Positions 1 to 7,767 of a DNA stretch of 56,516 bases are shown one piece after another (position 1 is the first letter of the stretch; every line of letters begins with the position of its first letter). The stretch is from Flavobacteriales bacterium (GTDB lineage Bacteria > Bacteroidota > Bacteroidia > Flavobacteriales > Flavobacteriaceae). Made by a program: the position numbers and the translations under genes. The stretch is from contig WTJH01000039.1 in the NCBI GenBank assembly GCA_011524915.1, forward strand, positions 1 through 56,516, written 5' to 3'. The notes under the pieces were generated by a model. The model did no database searches. It saw nothing but the letters and a program-made list of their open reading frames with translations, and was not told the origin of the DNA.

Positions 1-279
1 TTCTCCAGCTCAAAGCAGTGGGGTTTCCGACGCATCTGTATTCTTCGTCCGGTTAGAGCTTGGTGGGCTATAATTGAAGAAATGAACCACTACTAATATC
101 TAAATTCTCAATCTTAAATCGCTTCCTAATTGCAATTAGAATTGTGGGATTATGATTTATTAAAGTCTTAATTATATCGTATGATCTGTAATTTTTAAAT
201 CTACAGATCAGCTGAAATTTCTCTATACCAGAATCATTCGAAACATAATCCCTTTAATTAAGATGATAAGAAAGGTGAA

Positions 280-296
280 TAAAATTGGTTAACCAG
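280..296 (+). promoter_or_regulatory. Putative -7-like box (TAAAATTG) overlapping a single TTGGTTAACCAG palindrome. Predicted GntR-type operator of the kduD/PL6 unit.
   Basis: Same 12-nt palindrome as found upstream of the four minus-strand alginate units. Lies about 45 nt upstream of the ATG at 341. Confidence 0.45.
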
Positions 297-340
297 TTTA
301 GTTTTCATAATTTACCGTCCTCCAAAAGGTGATCCAACCC

Positions 341-1111
341 ATGAGCAAGGAAAATCAATTTAATTTAAGAGGGCAAGTAGCACTCGTTACCGGCTGTAAA
401 AGGGGTATTGGAAAAGCTATGGCCATAGCCCTAGCAAAAGCAGGTGCAGAAATCATTGGCGTTAGTGCTACCCTTGAAATTGAAGGAAGTGAAGTAGGGC
501 AAGAGATAGCTGAATTGGGCGGTCGATTTACGGCTTATCCCTGTGACTTTAATGATAGAAATGCTTTGTATACATTTATAAAAACAGTCCAAAAACAGCA
601 TCCAAGGATTGATATTTTAGTCAACAATGCTGGAACTATCAAAAGAGCTCCAGCAGCAGAACATTCCGATGAACTTTGGGACGAAATTACTGAGGTGAAT
701 CAAACAGCTCCTTTCATTTTAACACGAGAAATCGGTAAAGAAATGGTAAAACGAGGCTCTGGCAAAATTGTTTTTACAGCCTCTGTTTTAAGTTTTCAAG
801 GAGGAATCATTGTCCCAAGTTATTCGGCCAGTAAAGGTTCGATTGCCCAGCTGACAAAAGCTTTTGCCAATGAATGGGCTTCTAAGGGGGTCAACGTAAA
901 TGCCATTGCTCCCGGATATATAAGTACAGATAACACCTCGGCATTACGCCACGACCCGAAGCGTTCCAAAGCTATTTTAGAACGAATCCCTGCCGGACGA
1001 TGGGGACAACCCAAAGATTTTGACGGACCAATTGTTTTTCTCTGTTCTAGCGCTTCAGATTATATGCACGGAAGTGTCCTAACCGTAGACGGAGGATGGA
1101 TGGGTCGATAA
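341..1111 (+). CDS. kduD: SDR-family 2-dehydro-3-deoxy-D-gluconate 5-dehydrogenase (KduD-like); possible DEH/uronate reductase
   Basis: Motifs: ALVTGCKRGIGKAMA (TGxxxGxG), ILVNNAG, YSASKGSIAQLTK (YxxxK), NVNAIAPGYISTDNT, RIPAGRWGQP, VDGGWMGR. Near-colinear with E. coli KduD as I remember it. ATG at 341 preferred over the GTG at 329 used by the ORF track. Confidence 0.8.
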   Translation: MSKENQFNLRGQVALVTGCKRGIGKAMAIALAKAGAEIIGVSATLEIEGSEVGQEIAELGGRFTAYPCDFNDRNALYTFIKTVQKQHPRIDILVNNAGTIKRAPAAEHSDELWDEITEVNQTAPFILTREIGKEMVKRGSGKIVFTASVLSFQGGIIVPSYSASKGSIAQLTKAFANEWASKGVNVNAIAPGYISTDNTSALRHDPKRSKAILERIPAGRWGQPKDFDGPIVFLCSSASDYMHGSVLTVDGGWMGR

Positions 1112-1150
1112 TACAACAGAATTCAAAAAAATAAATTTAAACCAGTATCA

Positions 1151-3463
1151 ATGAGACTTTACGCAACACTTATTAGCATTCTATTCCTGAGTATTTCTTG
1201 TCAATCAGAAAACAGCAAGAATAGAATTTTAGTGAATACTATGGATGAACTTCGGTTGGCCATAGCCGATGCCACTGCCGGAACTACTATTGTATTAGCC
1301 AATGGGGTATGGACAGATGCCCAGATCAAATTCTATGGGCATGGAAACGAAAATTCGCCTATCAAGCTAACAGTAGAAACTCCAGGTGAGGTGACCTTAG
1401 AAGGGCAATCCTATATCCATTTAGGAGGAGAATATTTGATTGTAGATGGATTGTATTTTAAAAATGGATATTCTCCCGAGGGTGGGGTAATCCGATTTCA
1501 AATTGGAAAAGACAGCACAGCATTTCACTCCCAAGTGACGCAATCCGTTATCGAAAATTTTAGTCGTCTCAACCGCTGGGAAAACGATCGATGGATCGAA
1601 ATGTATGGACAACACAACAAATTCGATCATAATTATATAACTGGAAAGTCGAACGACGGAGCCACATTGATGGTTTACCACAAGGGAAACCAGCATACCA
1701 ATAGCTACCATCAAATCGAATACAACCATTTTGGCCCTCGACCCCGCAAAGGAGGTCCTCGAGGCGAAACCATGCGCTTGGGTGGGAGCGAAACTTCCAT
1801 GACCCCAGGAAAAGTTCGTGTAGCCAACAACTTTTTTGATCGCTGTAATGGTGAGGTAGAAATCATTTCTGATAAAACCAACTTCAACAACTTCATCAAT
1901 AATATTTTCTACAAATGCGAAGGTTCACTTGTAATGCGACACAGTGATTATACAACCGTGGATGGAAATATGTTTATTGGGGACGATGATTCAGATTTTT
2001 ATGGGGGGATTCGGGTAATCAATACGGGACATTGGATCACCAACAATTACTTCTACAAAATTCGAGGAGCAGAATTTAGAAGCCCTCTAGCAGTGATGAA
2101 TGGTATTCCTAAATCTTCTTTAAACCGCTATAAGCAAGTTACCGATGTTGTAGTTGCCTACAATACATGGGTGGACTGTAGCTCCCCGTTTCAGATTGGA
2201 GTAGGGCAAAATAAAGCCAGTAAAGATGTACTTCCTAAAAGTGAGATTCGTTCTGCTCCACCCATTCGAACGGTCTTGGCCAATAATATAGTTTACAATA
2301 CTCAAGTAGACCCTGCCATAGTAGTTAATCACGACGATATCAGCGGAATTCAATTTGAAAACAACGCCCTGTTTAACGCAGGTGATGCCACAGATCACAA
2401 CGGAATATTTAATCATGTGAGTATTGAAATGAATCCCATTAACGAATGGTTATTGGTACCCTCTTCCAACAATCCAAAGCTAGAAAACACCTTTGATGGC
2501 TTTGGTTTTAATCGAATTGAAAAAGATCTATTGGGAAATAATAGAGCTGCTAAAAATCGCATAGGTGCCATCGCCGACCCGACTCAAGCAGAACAATTTC
2601 AATTGGACTCATCCGTTTATGGCCCTTCATGGTTTACCGCTGAAGGCGAAAAAGCTACTCCTGAAGTACATCAGGCAATTGCTGGAGACGATAGCTTACA
2701 AGCAATCATAAATAAAGCCGCTGATGGAGATGTTATTGAACTTGCTGAAGGGAATTACAATTTCTCCAATTCATTAAAAATTGATAAAGCTGTTACACTT
2801 AAAGGAAAGGCCGAAGGTAAAGTTCACCTGAACTACAAGGGAGCAGCGGGAACTCCTGCTTTTGAAATGAATCCAATGGGACGTCTATCCCTCGAAGGGG
2901 TTCAACTCAAAGGAGATGGTAGCCAAATGGCTTTTGCACCACTGAAAAAAAATATGTCTGCTGCCTACAAACTTTTTGTAAAAGGAAGTCTTATCGAAAA
3001 TTTCGATCATATCCTTTTGGCCAGTAGAGGATCTTTTGCCGATTCTATAGGGATTGATCAAACGAGCTTCCGAAATCTGAAAAACGGATTCGTATTAGCT
3101 GCCGATCAAAAAGGGGATTACAATGCGGAAATGTTTAGCATTAAAGATTCCCAGTTTAAAAACATTCAGCAAAATGTCATCCACTTTTTTAGAGGAGGAT
3201 ACGATGAATCGACCATTGGAGGAGTTCTTACACTAACGAATAATCGTTTTAGCAACTGTGGTAAAACCGAAAAGAGTGGTATCTTAATCAAGACCAGAGG
3301 TATCATCAATGTGCTATTGGAGGAAAATGATTTTAAAAATAATCCTGTAAAAAGAGTAGCCGTATTGTGGGGTGCCAAAAACAACAGTCACGCAAATAAC
3401 CGATTGGAACGATCCGGAAGTATTGAAGTTCAAGAACAACAAGCCTTAGAAATTTTATATTAA
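1151..3463 (+). CDS. PL6-family alginate lyase, two-domain right-handed beta-helix, lipoprotein-type signal
   Basis: Signal LFLSISC. PL6 blocks TTIVLANGVWTD, GETMRLGG and NNFFDRCNGEVEIISDKT. Clear paralog of the ORF at 34854..37142. 770 aa fits the two-domain PL6 type. Confidence 0.85.
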   Translation: MRLYATLISILFLSISCQSENSKNRILVNTMDELRLAIADATAGTTIVLANGVWTDAQIKFYGHGNENSPIKLTVETPGEVTLEGQSYIHLGGEYLIVDGLYFKNGYSPEGGVIRFQIGKDSTAFHSQVTQSVIENFSRLNRWENDRWIEMYGQHNKFDHNYITGKSNDGATLMVYHKGNQHTNSYHQIEYNHFGPRPRKGGPRGETMRLGGSETSMTPGKVRVANNFFDRCNGEVEIISDKTNFNNFINNIFYKCEGSLVMRHSDYTTVDGNMFIGDDDSDFYGGIRVINTGHWITNNYFYKIRGAEFRSPLAVMNGIPKSSLNRYKQVTDVVVAYNTWVDCSSPFQIGVGQNKASKDVLPKSEIRSAPPIRTVLANNIVYNTQVDPAIVVNHDDISGIQFENNALFNAGDATDHNGIFNHVSIEMNPINEWLLVPSSNNPKLENTFDGFGFNRIEKDLLGNNRAAKNRIGAIADPTQAEQFQLDSSVYGPSWFTAEGEKATPEVHQAIAGDDSLQAIINKAADGDVIELAEGNYNFSNSLKIDKAVTLKGKAEGKVHLNYKGAAGTPAFEMNPMGRLSLEGVQLKGDGSQMAFAPLKKNMSAAYKLFVKGSLIENFDHILLASRGSFADSIGIDQTSFRNLKNGFVLAADQKGDYNAEMFSIKDSQFKNIQQNVIHFFRGGYDESTIGGVLTLTNNRFSNCGKTEKSGILIKTRGIINVLLEENDFKNNPVKRVAVLWGAKNNSHANNRLERSGSIEVQEQQALEILY

Positions 3464-3534
3464 TCTTGACATTTCATGATTCGGTTCAATTCCGTGAAAT
3501 ATATACCCCTTGGAGCTGAGCTAAATTTATTCTT

Positions 3535-4536
3535 ATGATGCCTATTCGAATTCAAACAGCTATACTTTTCATGGCTTGCGCATTGGTATTGAGCTGTAGC
3601 GGAACGGAAGGAGAGGATGAAGTCTGTTGTGACACCCCCATTGTTACTCCAACTCCTCCCCCTGCAGTTACTATTGATTGTGATGCGGCAAATACTCTAA
3701 GTACTGTTGGTGTGGATTGTACCTACCCCGCCCCAGATTATGGGGTCTATACAGAAACGATAGTCGGAAATCTTCGGAACATAAATACCAATACTGTTCC
3801 CAATCATATCTATGGAGATTTTAGAGAGCGTTTTGGGCCTATTTCTCGCACTTTTAGCATGACGGCTTCCCCAAGTATAGCTGCCGATATTACGAGCATC
3901 TTAAACACCAATAGTAGGCCCCGATACTTTTTTGGAGTAGCAATTAATGGGGTCTTGTTTGCCCCTGCCCCTGCCACCCCTTTTATTTTTGAAAATCAAA
4001 ATACGGGAGAGTATAATTGGGATTGGGTTTTTGAAGCGTCGATGAACAAAGGTCCCGAGAATAATCAGGTAAAACTCGACTGTGCCAATGCCCACAGTGG
4101 AGATCAAGGCTACCACTATCATGGAAATATGTTTGCCTTCGCAGAAGTCCTTCAAGAGGGTCTGAGTGCTGGAGTTGTACCGGAAGAACCTGTGCAAGTG
4201 GGGTGGGCCGCAGATGGTTTTCCCATAGTTTATCTTTATGGCCCAGATGCCAATGGAAATTTGGTTAAGTTAAATCCGAGCTATCAGTTAAAAAGTGGCG
4301 ACCGACCGGGCGATGGGGTTAGTGCCCCCTGCGGACCCTACAACGGTAAATATTATAACGATTATGAGTATGTTGCCAATCTGGGGGATTTAGATGCGTG
4401 TAATGGGATCGAAAGAAGCATCAGCCTAAATACCCCTTCGGGAATTCAAGAGTTCCCATATTTTTATCTGATTACCGAAACCTTCCCACAGATTGGGCGT
4501 TGCTTTGTTGGAACACCCGATGCTTCTTTTCGATGA
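3535..4536 (+). CDS. YHYH-domain lipoprotein of unknown function
   Basis: Signal plus lipobox (LVLSCSG), a Cys/Pro/Thr linker (CCDTPIVTPTPPP), and a literal GYHYHGN motif characteristic of the uncharacterised YHYH family. Several conserved Cys residues. Confidence 0.6.
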   Translation: MMPIRIQTAILFMACALVLSCSGTEGEDEVCCDTPIVTPTPPPAVTIDCDAANTLSTVGVDCTYPAPDYGVYTETIVGNLRNINTNTVPNHIYGDFRERFGPISRTFSMTASPSIAADITSILNTNSRPRYFFGVAINGVLFAPAPATPFIFENQNTGEYNWDWVFEASMNKGPENNQVKLDCANAHSGDQGYHYHGNMFAFAEVLQEGLSAGVVPEEPVQVGWAADGFPIVYLYGPDANGNLVKLNPSYQLKSGDRPGDGVSAPCGPYNGKYYNDYEYVANLGDLDACNGIERSISLNTPSGIQEFPYFYLITETFPQIGRCFVGTPDASFR

Positions 4537-4539
4537 GTT

Positions 4540-5004
4540 GTGCTCTATACAATCACTTACTTGCTGACCCTTTTTGTTTTCCCCCTGGAGAGTCATGAAG
4601 TGCAATTGGCTCGATTCGAACTCACCCCAATGAAGGGTCATTTAAGATTAGAAATTTTTGTTGAAAAAGAAGACCTAAATGCTTGTTGGGCTAATTTTGG
4701 AGAGCTCCATACAGATGAAAAAAAAGCGGTACTGAGTGACTATATCGCTACCCATACCAGATGGTTTTTAAATGATAAACCTTACGATATATGTAGCTAC
4801 AACCTAAGTTCGGATGTCAATCACCTAACGCTTTACGGTTATTTTAATACCCCCCCTGACAAGATTCAAAACATCCAACTCAACAATCGATTTTTAATCC
4901 AAGAAATCCCTAACCATATCAATATCATCCATCTAAAGCTGCATCAAAGGCTGCGAAGCTTTCGAATGGATAAAAAAAGACAAAAGATTACAATTGAATA
5001 TTAA
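4540..5004 (+). CDS. Hypothetical protein with an N-terminal hydrophobic segment, coupled to the YHYH gene
   Basis: GTG start 4 nt after the YHYH stop. 154 aa. I recognise no family motif with confidence. Confidence 0.4.
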   Translation: MLYTITYLLTLFVFPLESHEVQLARFELTPMKGHLRLEIFVEKEDLNACWANFGELHTDEKKAVLSDYIATHTRWFLNDKPYDICSYNLSSDVNHLTLYGYFNTPPDKIQNIQLNNRFLIQEIPNHINIIHLKLHQRLRSFRMDKKRQKITIEY

Positions 5005-5017
5005 GTAAATGATTGAT

Positions 5018-6388
5018 TCAATTGCGAATACGATTGGCTTCCGAAACAAGAGCTTCATAGGCTGCTGAGGCCTCCCCATCTAGGGTGTTTTCGAGAAGAT
5101 CATTGGTTTGATCGGGATCAATATCATAACGGTAAAGGGCTTGATTTCCGTTGTCAAAAACCATCAATTTGTATTGCTCATTTCCTATAGTATAACCCGA
5201 TCGGTTGGGTCTGGAGCTCAATACTTCGGTGTAGTTGTAGCGGCGTTGGCCGGTATTCGAATTTTGGAATAAAGGGTAAAAACTCTGACTATCCAATTGA
5301 TCTTGTACTTCCAATCCCGCAATCTCTAAAAAGGTATTGTATAAATCGACATTGGTAATTAGCGCATCTTCTGTGACTCCCTGTCTGCTGACTCCTGCCC
5401 CGGAAATAACCATGGGGACATGTACTCCTCCCTGATATAGACTGCCCTTGGCTTTGCCATTAGAAAAGGGAGGCTGGACGACTTGCCCAGGGGAACCATT
5501 ATCTCCCAAAAAGACAATCACCGTATCGGCCAAAGTCGTGGAATTTACCGACGTAAACAATCGATTGATTTCATGATCAAGACTCTCGACCATCGCCAGA
5601 TAATAGGGAAGAGGATTCGCCTCTATACTGGATTCGTCGTTGGGTAAATCCCCTTGATTATGAAGGTTTGCTGGAGGAAGATGAAATGGGGTATGTGGCG
5701 CATTGTAGGCCAGCCAACAAAACCACGGAGACTCTTGCTCATTTATCCATTCGATCGCCAAATCAGTTAAGGCAGATGTGATATAAGAAGTCTGATTGGT
5801 CGACTGTCCATTAATGTTTAAAGACCAATTATCATAGCTTTCTACCCCTCCGGTATATAAACCCGCATAATACCCAATTCCCATTTCTTGGGGAACATTA
5901 GGAGAATTTCGGGCAGAAAGATGCCATTTACCGACGATACTGGTTTGATATGGAGAGTCGTTTAGCTCATTTAAAGAACGATGAATGGTTTGTTCGCTTG
6001 GATTGATCCTACCGGCATCTTCTGCGTTGAGCACTCCTGTTCGAAATCCATATCTTCCTGTGAGGATAGCGGCTCGTGTGGGAGAACATACCGGATTGGT
6101 CCATACATTGGTAAAACGAATACCCTCATCCATAAGTCGCTCAAGTGTTGGCATATGGGGTTTTTGTTCCCCAAAAGGATACCTTGGGACAGCATCTACT
6201 CCTAAATCGTCAGCAATAATAAAAAGTATATTGGAACGATTGGTATTTGTAGTTGGGGGATCCGTAATAGGTTCGCTCGGTTGTTCAAAAACATCTGTAG
6301 GAGGTTCTACTATTTCCGGGGCGGGACTCTCTTGTGAACACTGACTCAACAGCGGTAAAACAAAAAGATATAGAATATACTTTTTCAT
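5018..6388 (-). CDS. Formylglycine-dependent (S1 family) sulfatase, lipoprotein
   Basis: VCSPTRAAILTGRY (C-x-P-x-R motif), ILFIIADDLG, VGKWHL. Signal LPLLSQC. Start trimmed to MKKYILY at 6388 because the longer ORF-track version runs through the tRNA gene. Confidence 0.85.
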   Translation of the reverse strand: MKKYILYLFVLPLLSQCSQESPAPEIVEPPTDVFEQPSEPITDPPTTNTNRSNILFIIADDLGVDAVPRYPFGEQKPHMPTLERLMDEGIRFTNVWTNPVCSPTRAAILTGRYGFRTGVLNAEDAGRINPSEQTIHRSLNELNDSPYQTSIVGKWHLSARNSPNVPQEMGIGYYAGLYTGGVESYDNWSLNINGQSTNQTSYITSALTDLAIEWINEQESPWFCWLAYNAPHTPFHLPPANLHNQGDLPNDESSIEANPLPYYLAMVESLDHEINRLFTSVNSTTLADTVIVFLGDNGSPGQVVQPPFSNGKAKGSLYQGGVHVPMVISGAGVSRQGVTEDALITNVDLYNTFLEIAGLEVQDQLDSQSFYPLFQNSNTGQRRYNYTEVLSSRPNRSGYTIGNEQYKLMVFDNGNQALYRYDIDPDQTNDLLENTLDGEASAAYEALVSEANRIRN

Positions 6389-6483
6389 ATGATAACTCTG
6401 ATTTAAAAGTACATATAAATCATCAGGAATTTTTCTGAAATATATAAAGTCTCTTTTTTGAAATATGGTCCTAAATCTCAGGC

Positions 6484-6516
6484 AAAAAAAACACCTACAA
6501 TGATAATTGTAAGTGT
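6484..6516 (-). terminator. Rho-independent terminator downstream of tRNA-Ala
   Basis: Minus-strand sense: ACACTTACAAT-TATC-ATTGTAGGTGT. This is an 11-bp stem with one G-U pair, followed by a run of 7-8 T. Confidence 0.6.
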
Positions 6517-6528
6517 TTTCTGTGCTTG

Positions 6529-6602
6529 TGGAGAAGATCGGATTCGAACCGACGACCTCTTGACTGCCAGTCAAGCGCTCTAGCCAACTGAGCTACATCC
6601 CC
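6529..6602 (-). tRNA. tRNA-Ala (anticodon GGC)
   Basis: Reverse complement folds as a cloverleaf: GGGGATG/TA/GCTC-AGTTGGCTA-GAGC/G/CTTGA-CTGGCAG-TCAAG/AGGTC/GTCGG-TTCGAAT-CCGAT/CTTCTCC/A. The G3:U70 alanine identity pair is present. CCA is not encoded. Confidence 0.9.
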
Positions 6603-6835
6603 AAATTATTTTTTCGCCACCGTCTGCCGGCTGCGGATTTTAAATACTTTTCTCGTTCTCTGGCTAAGGTACGAGTTTCGTATTGTTCTGTATAAAGCAA
6701 TTCCCACGGCTGAAATGCTTTTGTCGATTGCACCTGACCTTTATTATGAGATTGCAATCTTTGATCGATGTTCTGCGTCATACCTATATAAAACCTCTGG
6801 TGTGATTTACTGTATAAGATATAGACCAAAAACAT
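6593..6835 (-). CDS. Small GIY-YIG nuclease family protein (COG2827/YhbQ-like)
   Basis: LVYILYS...RFYIGMT (GIY-YIG), DQRLQSHN, YTEQYETRTLAREREKYLK (conserved Glu region). 80 aa. The last 10 nt, including the stop, lie inside the tRNA-Ala gene. Confidence 0.75.
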   Translation of the reverse strand: MFLVYILYSKSHQRFYIGMTQNIDQRLQSHNKGQVQSTKAFQPWELLYTEQYETRTLAREREKYLKSAAGRRWRKNNLGM

Positions 6836-6894
6836 CCTATTTCTTTATGTCAAAGGGCGCTCCCCGCCCGAACGTGCCGTTCGGTACGGGCGGG

Positions 6895-6916
6895 TAGCCA
6901 ACTGAGCTACATCCCC
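6895..6916 (-). repeat. Orphan copy of tRNA-Ala nucleotides 1-22 (acceptor 5' strand through the D-loop)
   Basis: TAGCCAACTGAGCTACATCCCC is identical to 6581..6602. It lacks the rest of the tRNA. Confidence 0.9.
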
Positions 6917-6926
6917 GCTTGAAGCG

Positions 6927-6934
6927 CAAATGTA
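6927..6934 (-). promoter_or_regulatory. Bacteroidota-type -7 box TACATTTG; presumed ancestral tRNA-Ala promoter
   Basis: Matches TAnnTTTG. Ends 10 nt upstream of the orphan tRNA 5' fragment. No comparable box lies directly upstream of the intact tRNA. Confidence 0.5.
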
Positions 6935-6957
6935 CACTTTTCCGTTGAAAAGTTTCT

Positions 6958-7695
6958 TTAGTCTCGCGAATTAAGCTTCGCTAATAACCTTAGGATTTCC
7001 AGGTAGAGCCAGACCAAGGTCACCAAGAGTCCAAAGGCTGCATACCACTCCATATATTTAGGGGCTCCTCTTTCGGCTCCTTCCTCTATAAAATCGAAAT
7101 CTAAAACCAAATTAAGGGCGGCAATGATAACAATTACTACACTGATTCCTATACTCATGGGCGAACTGTTCATAGGATTTAAAACCCCCAATCCGCTTCC
7201 AAAGAAGCCCATAATAAAGTTGACTAAATACATTAAGGCAATGCCTCCTGTAGCTGCAAAAATTCCTAATTTAAAATTTTCGGTTGGTTTGATCCAGCCC
7301 GATTGATAGGCCATCAAAAGCGCCACTAAAATACTCAGCGTCAACAATATTGCTGTAGATACGATGCCTTCATATTGCGTATTAAAAACAAATGAAATCC
7401 CTCCCAAGACAGCCCCTTCCAAAAGAGCATAAATAGGGACGGTTATGGGTGACCACTCCTTTTTAAAAATGGTAATTAAAGAAACGATAAAAGCTCCAAT
7501 AAGCGCCGGAAACATAAATACCATTCCGCCTGCATTGAAGGTAAAATAGCCGGCTCCTACAAGTAGCACAAGTGAAATGGCTGTTTTATTTACGGCTCCG
7601 CTAATGGTCATTTGGTCCGAAACTGAGCTTTGTGTCTGAAACGTTTGAGAACCCAATACAGGATTCCCAGATCGCATGGATAAATGTTTATTCAT
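6958..7695 (-). CDS. Bax inhibitor-1/YccA-like integral membrane protein
   Basis: About 7 predicted TM segments. N-terminal MRSGNPVL..F motif typical of this family in Bacteroidota. 245 aa. Confidence 0.55.
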   Translation of the reverse strand: MNKHLSMRSGNPVLGSQTFQTQSSVSDQMTISGAVNKTAISLVLLVGAGYFTFNAGGMVFMFPALIGAFIVSLITIFKKEWSPITVPIYALLEGAVLGGISFVFNTQYEGIVSTAILLTLSILVALLMAYQSGWIKPTENFKLGIFAATGGIALMYLVNFIMGFFGSGLGVLNPMNSSPMSIGISVVIVIIAALNLVLDFDFIEEGAERGAPKYMEWYAAFGLLVTLVWLYLEILRLLAKLNSRD

Positions 7696-7767
7696 ATGGT
7701 AAATTTAAGCATCTACTGTAAATATGGGAAGAATAAAGTTCCCCTAGATTCAGTTTTTAAGTAAAGA

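Larger units (their letters stand above)
6593..6916 (-). mobile_element. Candidate tRNA-targeting GIY-YIG mini-cassette (nuclease ORF, hairpin, duplicated tRNA 5' segment)
   Basis: An exact 22-nt direct repeat (6581..6602 and 6895..6916) brackets only the ORF and a GC-rich hairpin (about 6863..6890). Similarity ends abruptly at the repeat borders. Confidence 0.5.

Noticed and set aside
1-36. Possible start of a minus-strand gene running off the left edge (ATG CGT CGG AAA CCC...)
   Set aside because: Only about 11 codons are visible. They cannot be distinguished from chance.
6389-6574. N-terminal 62 codons of the 518-aa ORF-track version of the sulfatase
   Set aside because: This extension runs straight through the tRNA-Ala gene and its terminator and translates as nonsense (MTGSQEVVGSNPIF...). 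A proper signal peptide and lipobox begin at MKKYILY (6388).
6715-6897. 60-aa plus-strand ORF
   Set aside because: It is antisense to the GIY-YIG ORF and runs through the GC hairpin. It has no motif and a low-complexity composition.
6529-6916. Group I intron with a homing endonuclease inside the tRNA
   Set aside because: - The tRNA at 6529..6602 is already contiguous and folds completely.
- The extra copy is a duplication of exon sequence, which introns do not create.
- The insertion point is the D-arm, not the anticodon loop.
- Only about 70 nt of non-ORF sequence is available, too little for a group I core.
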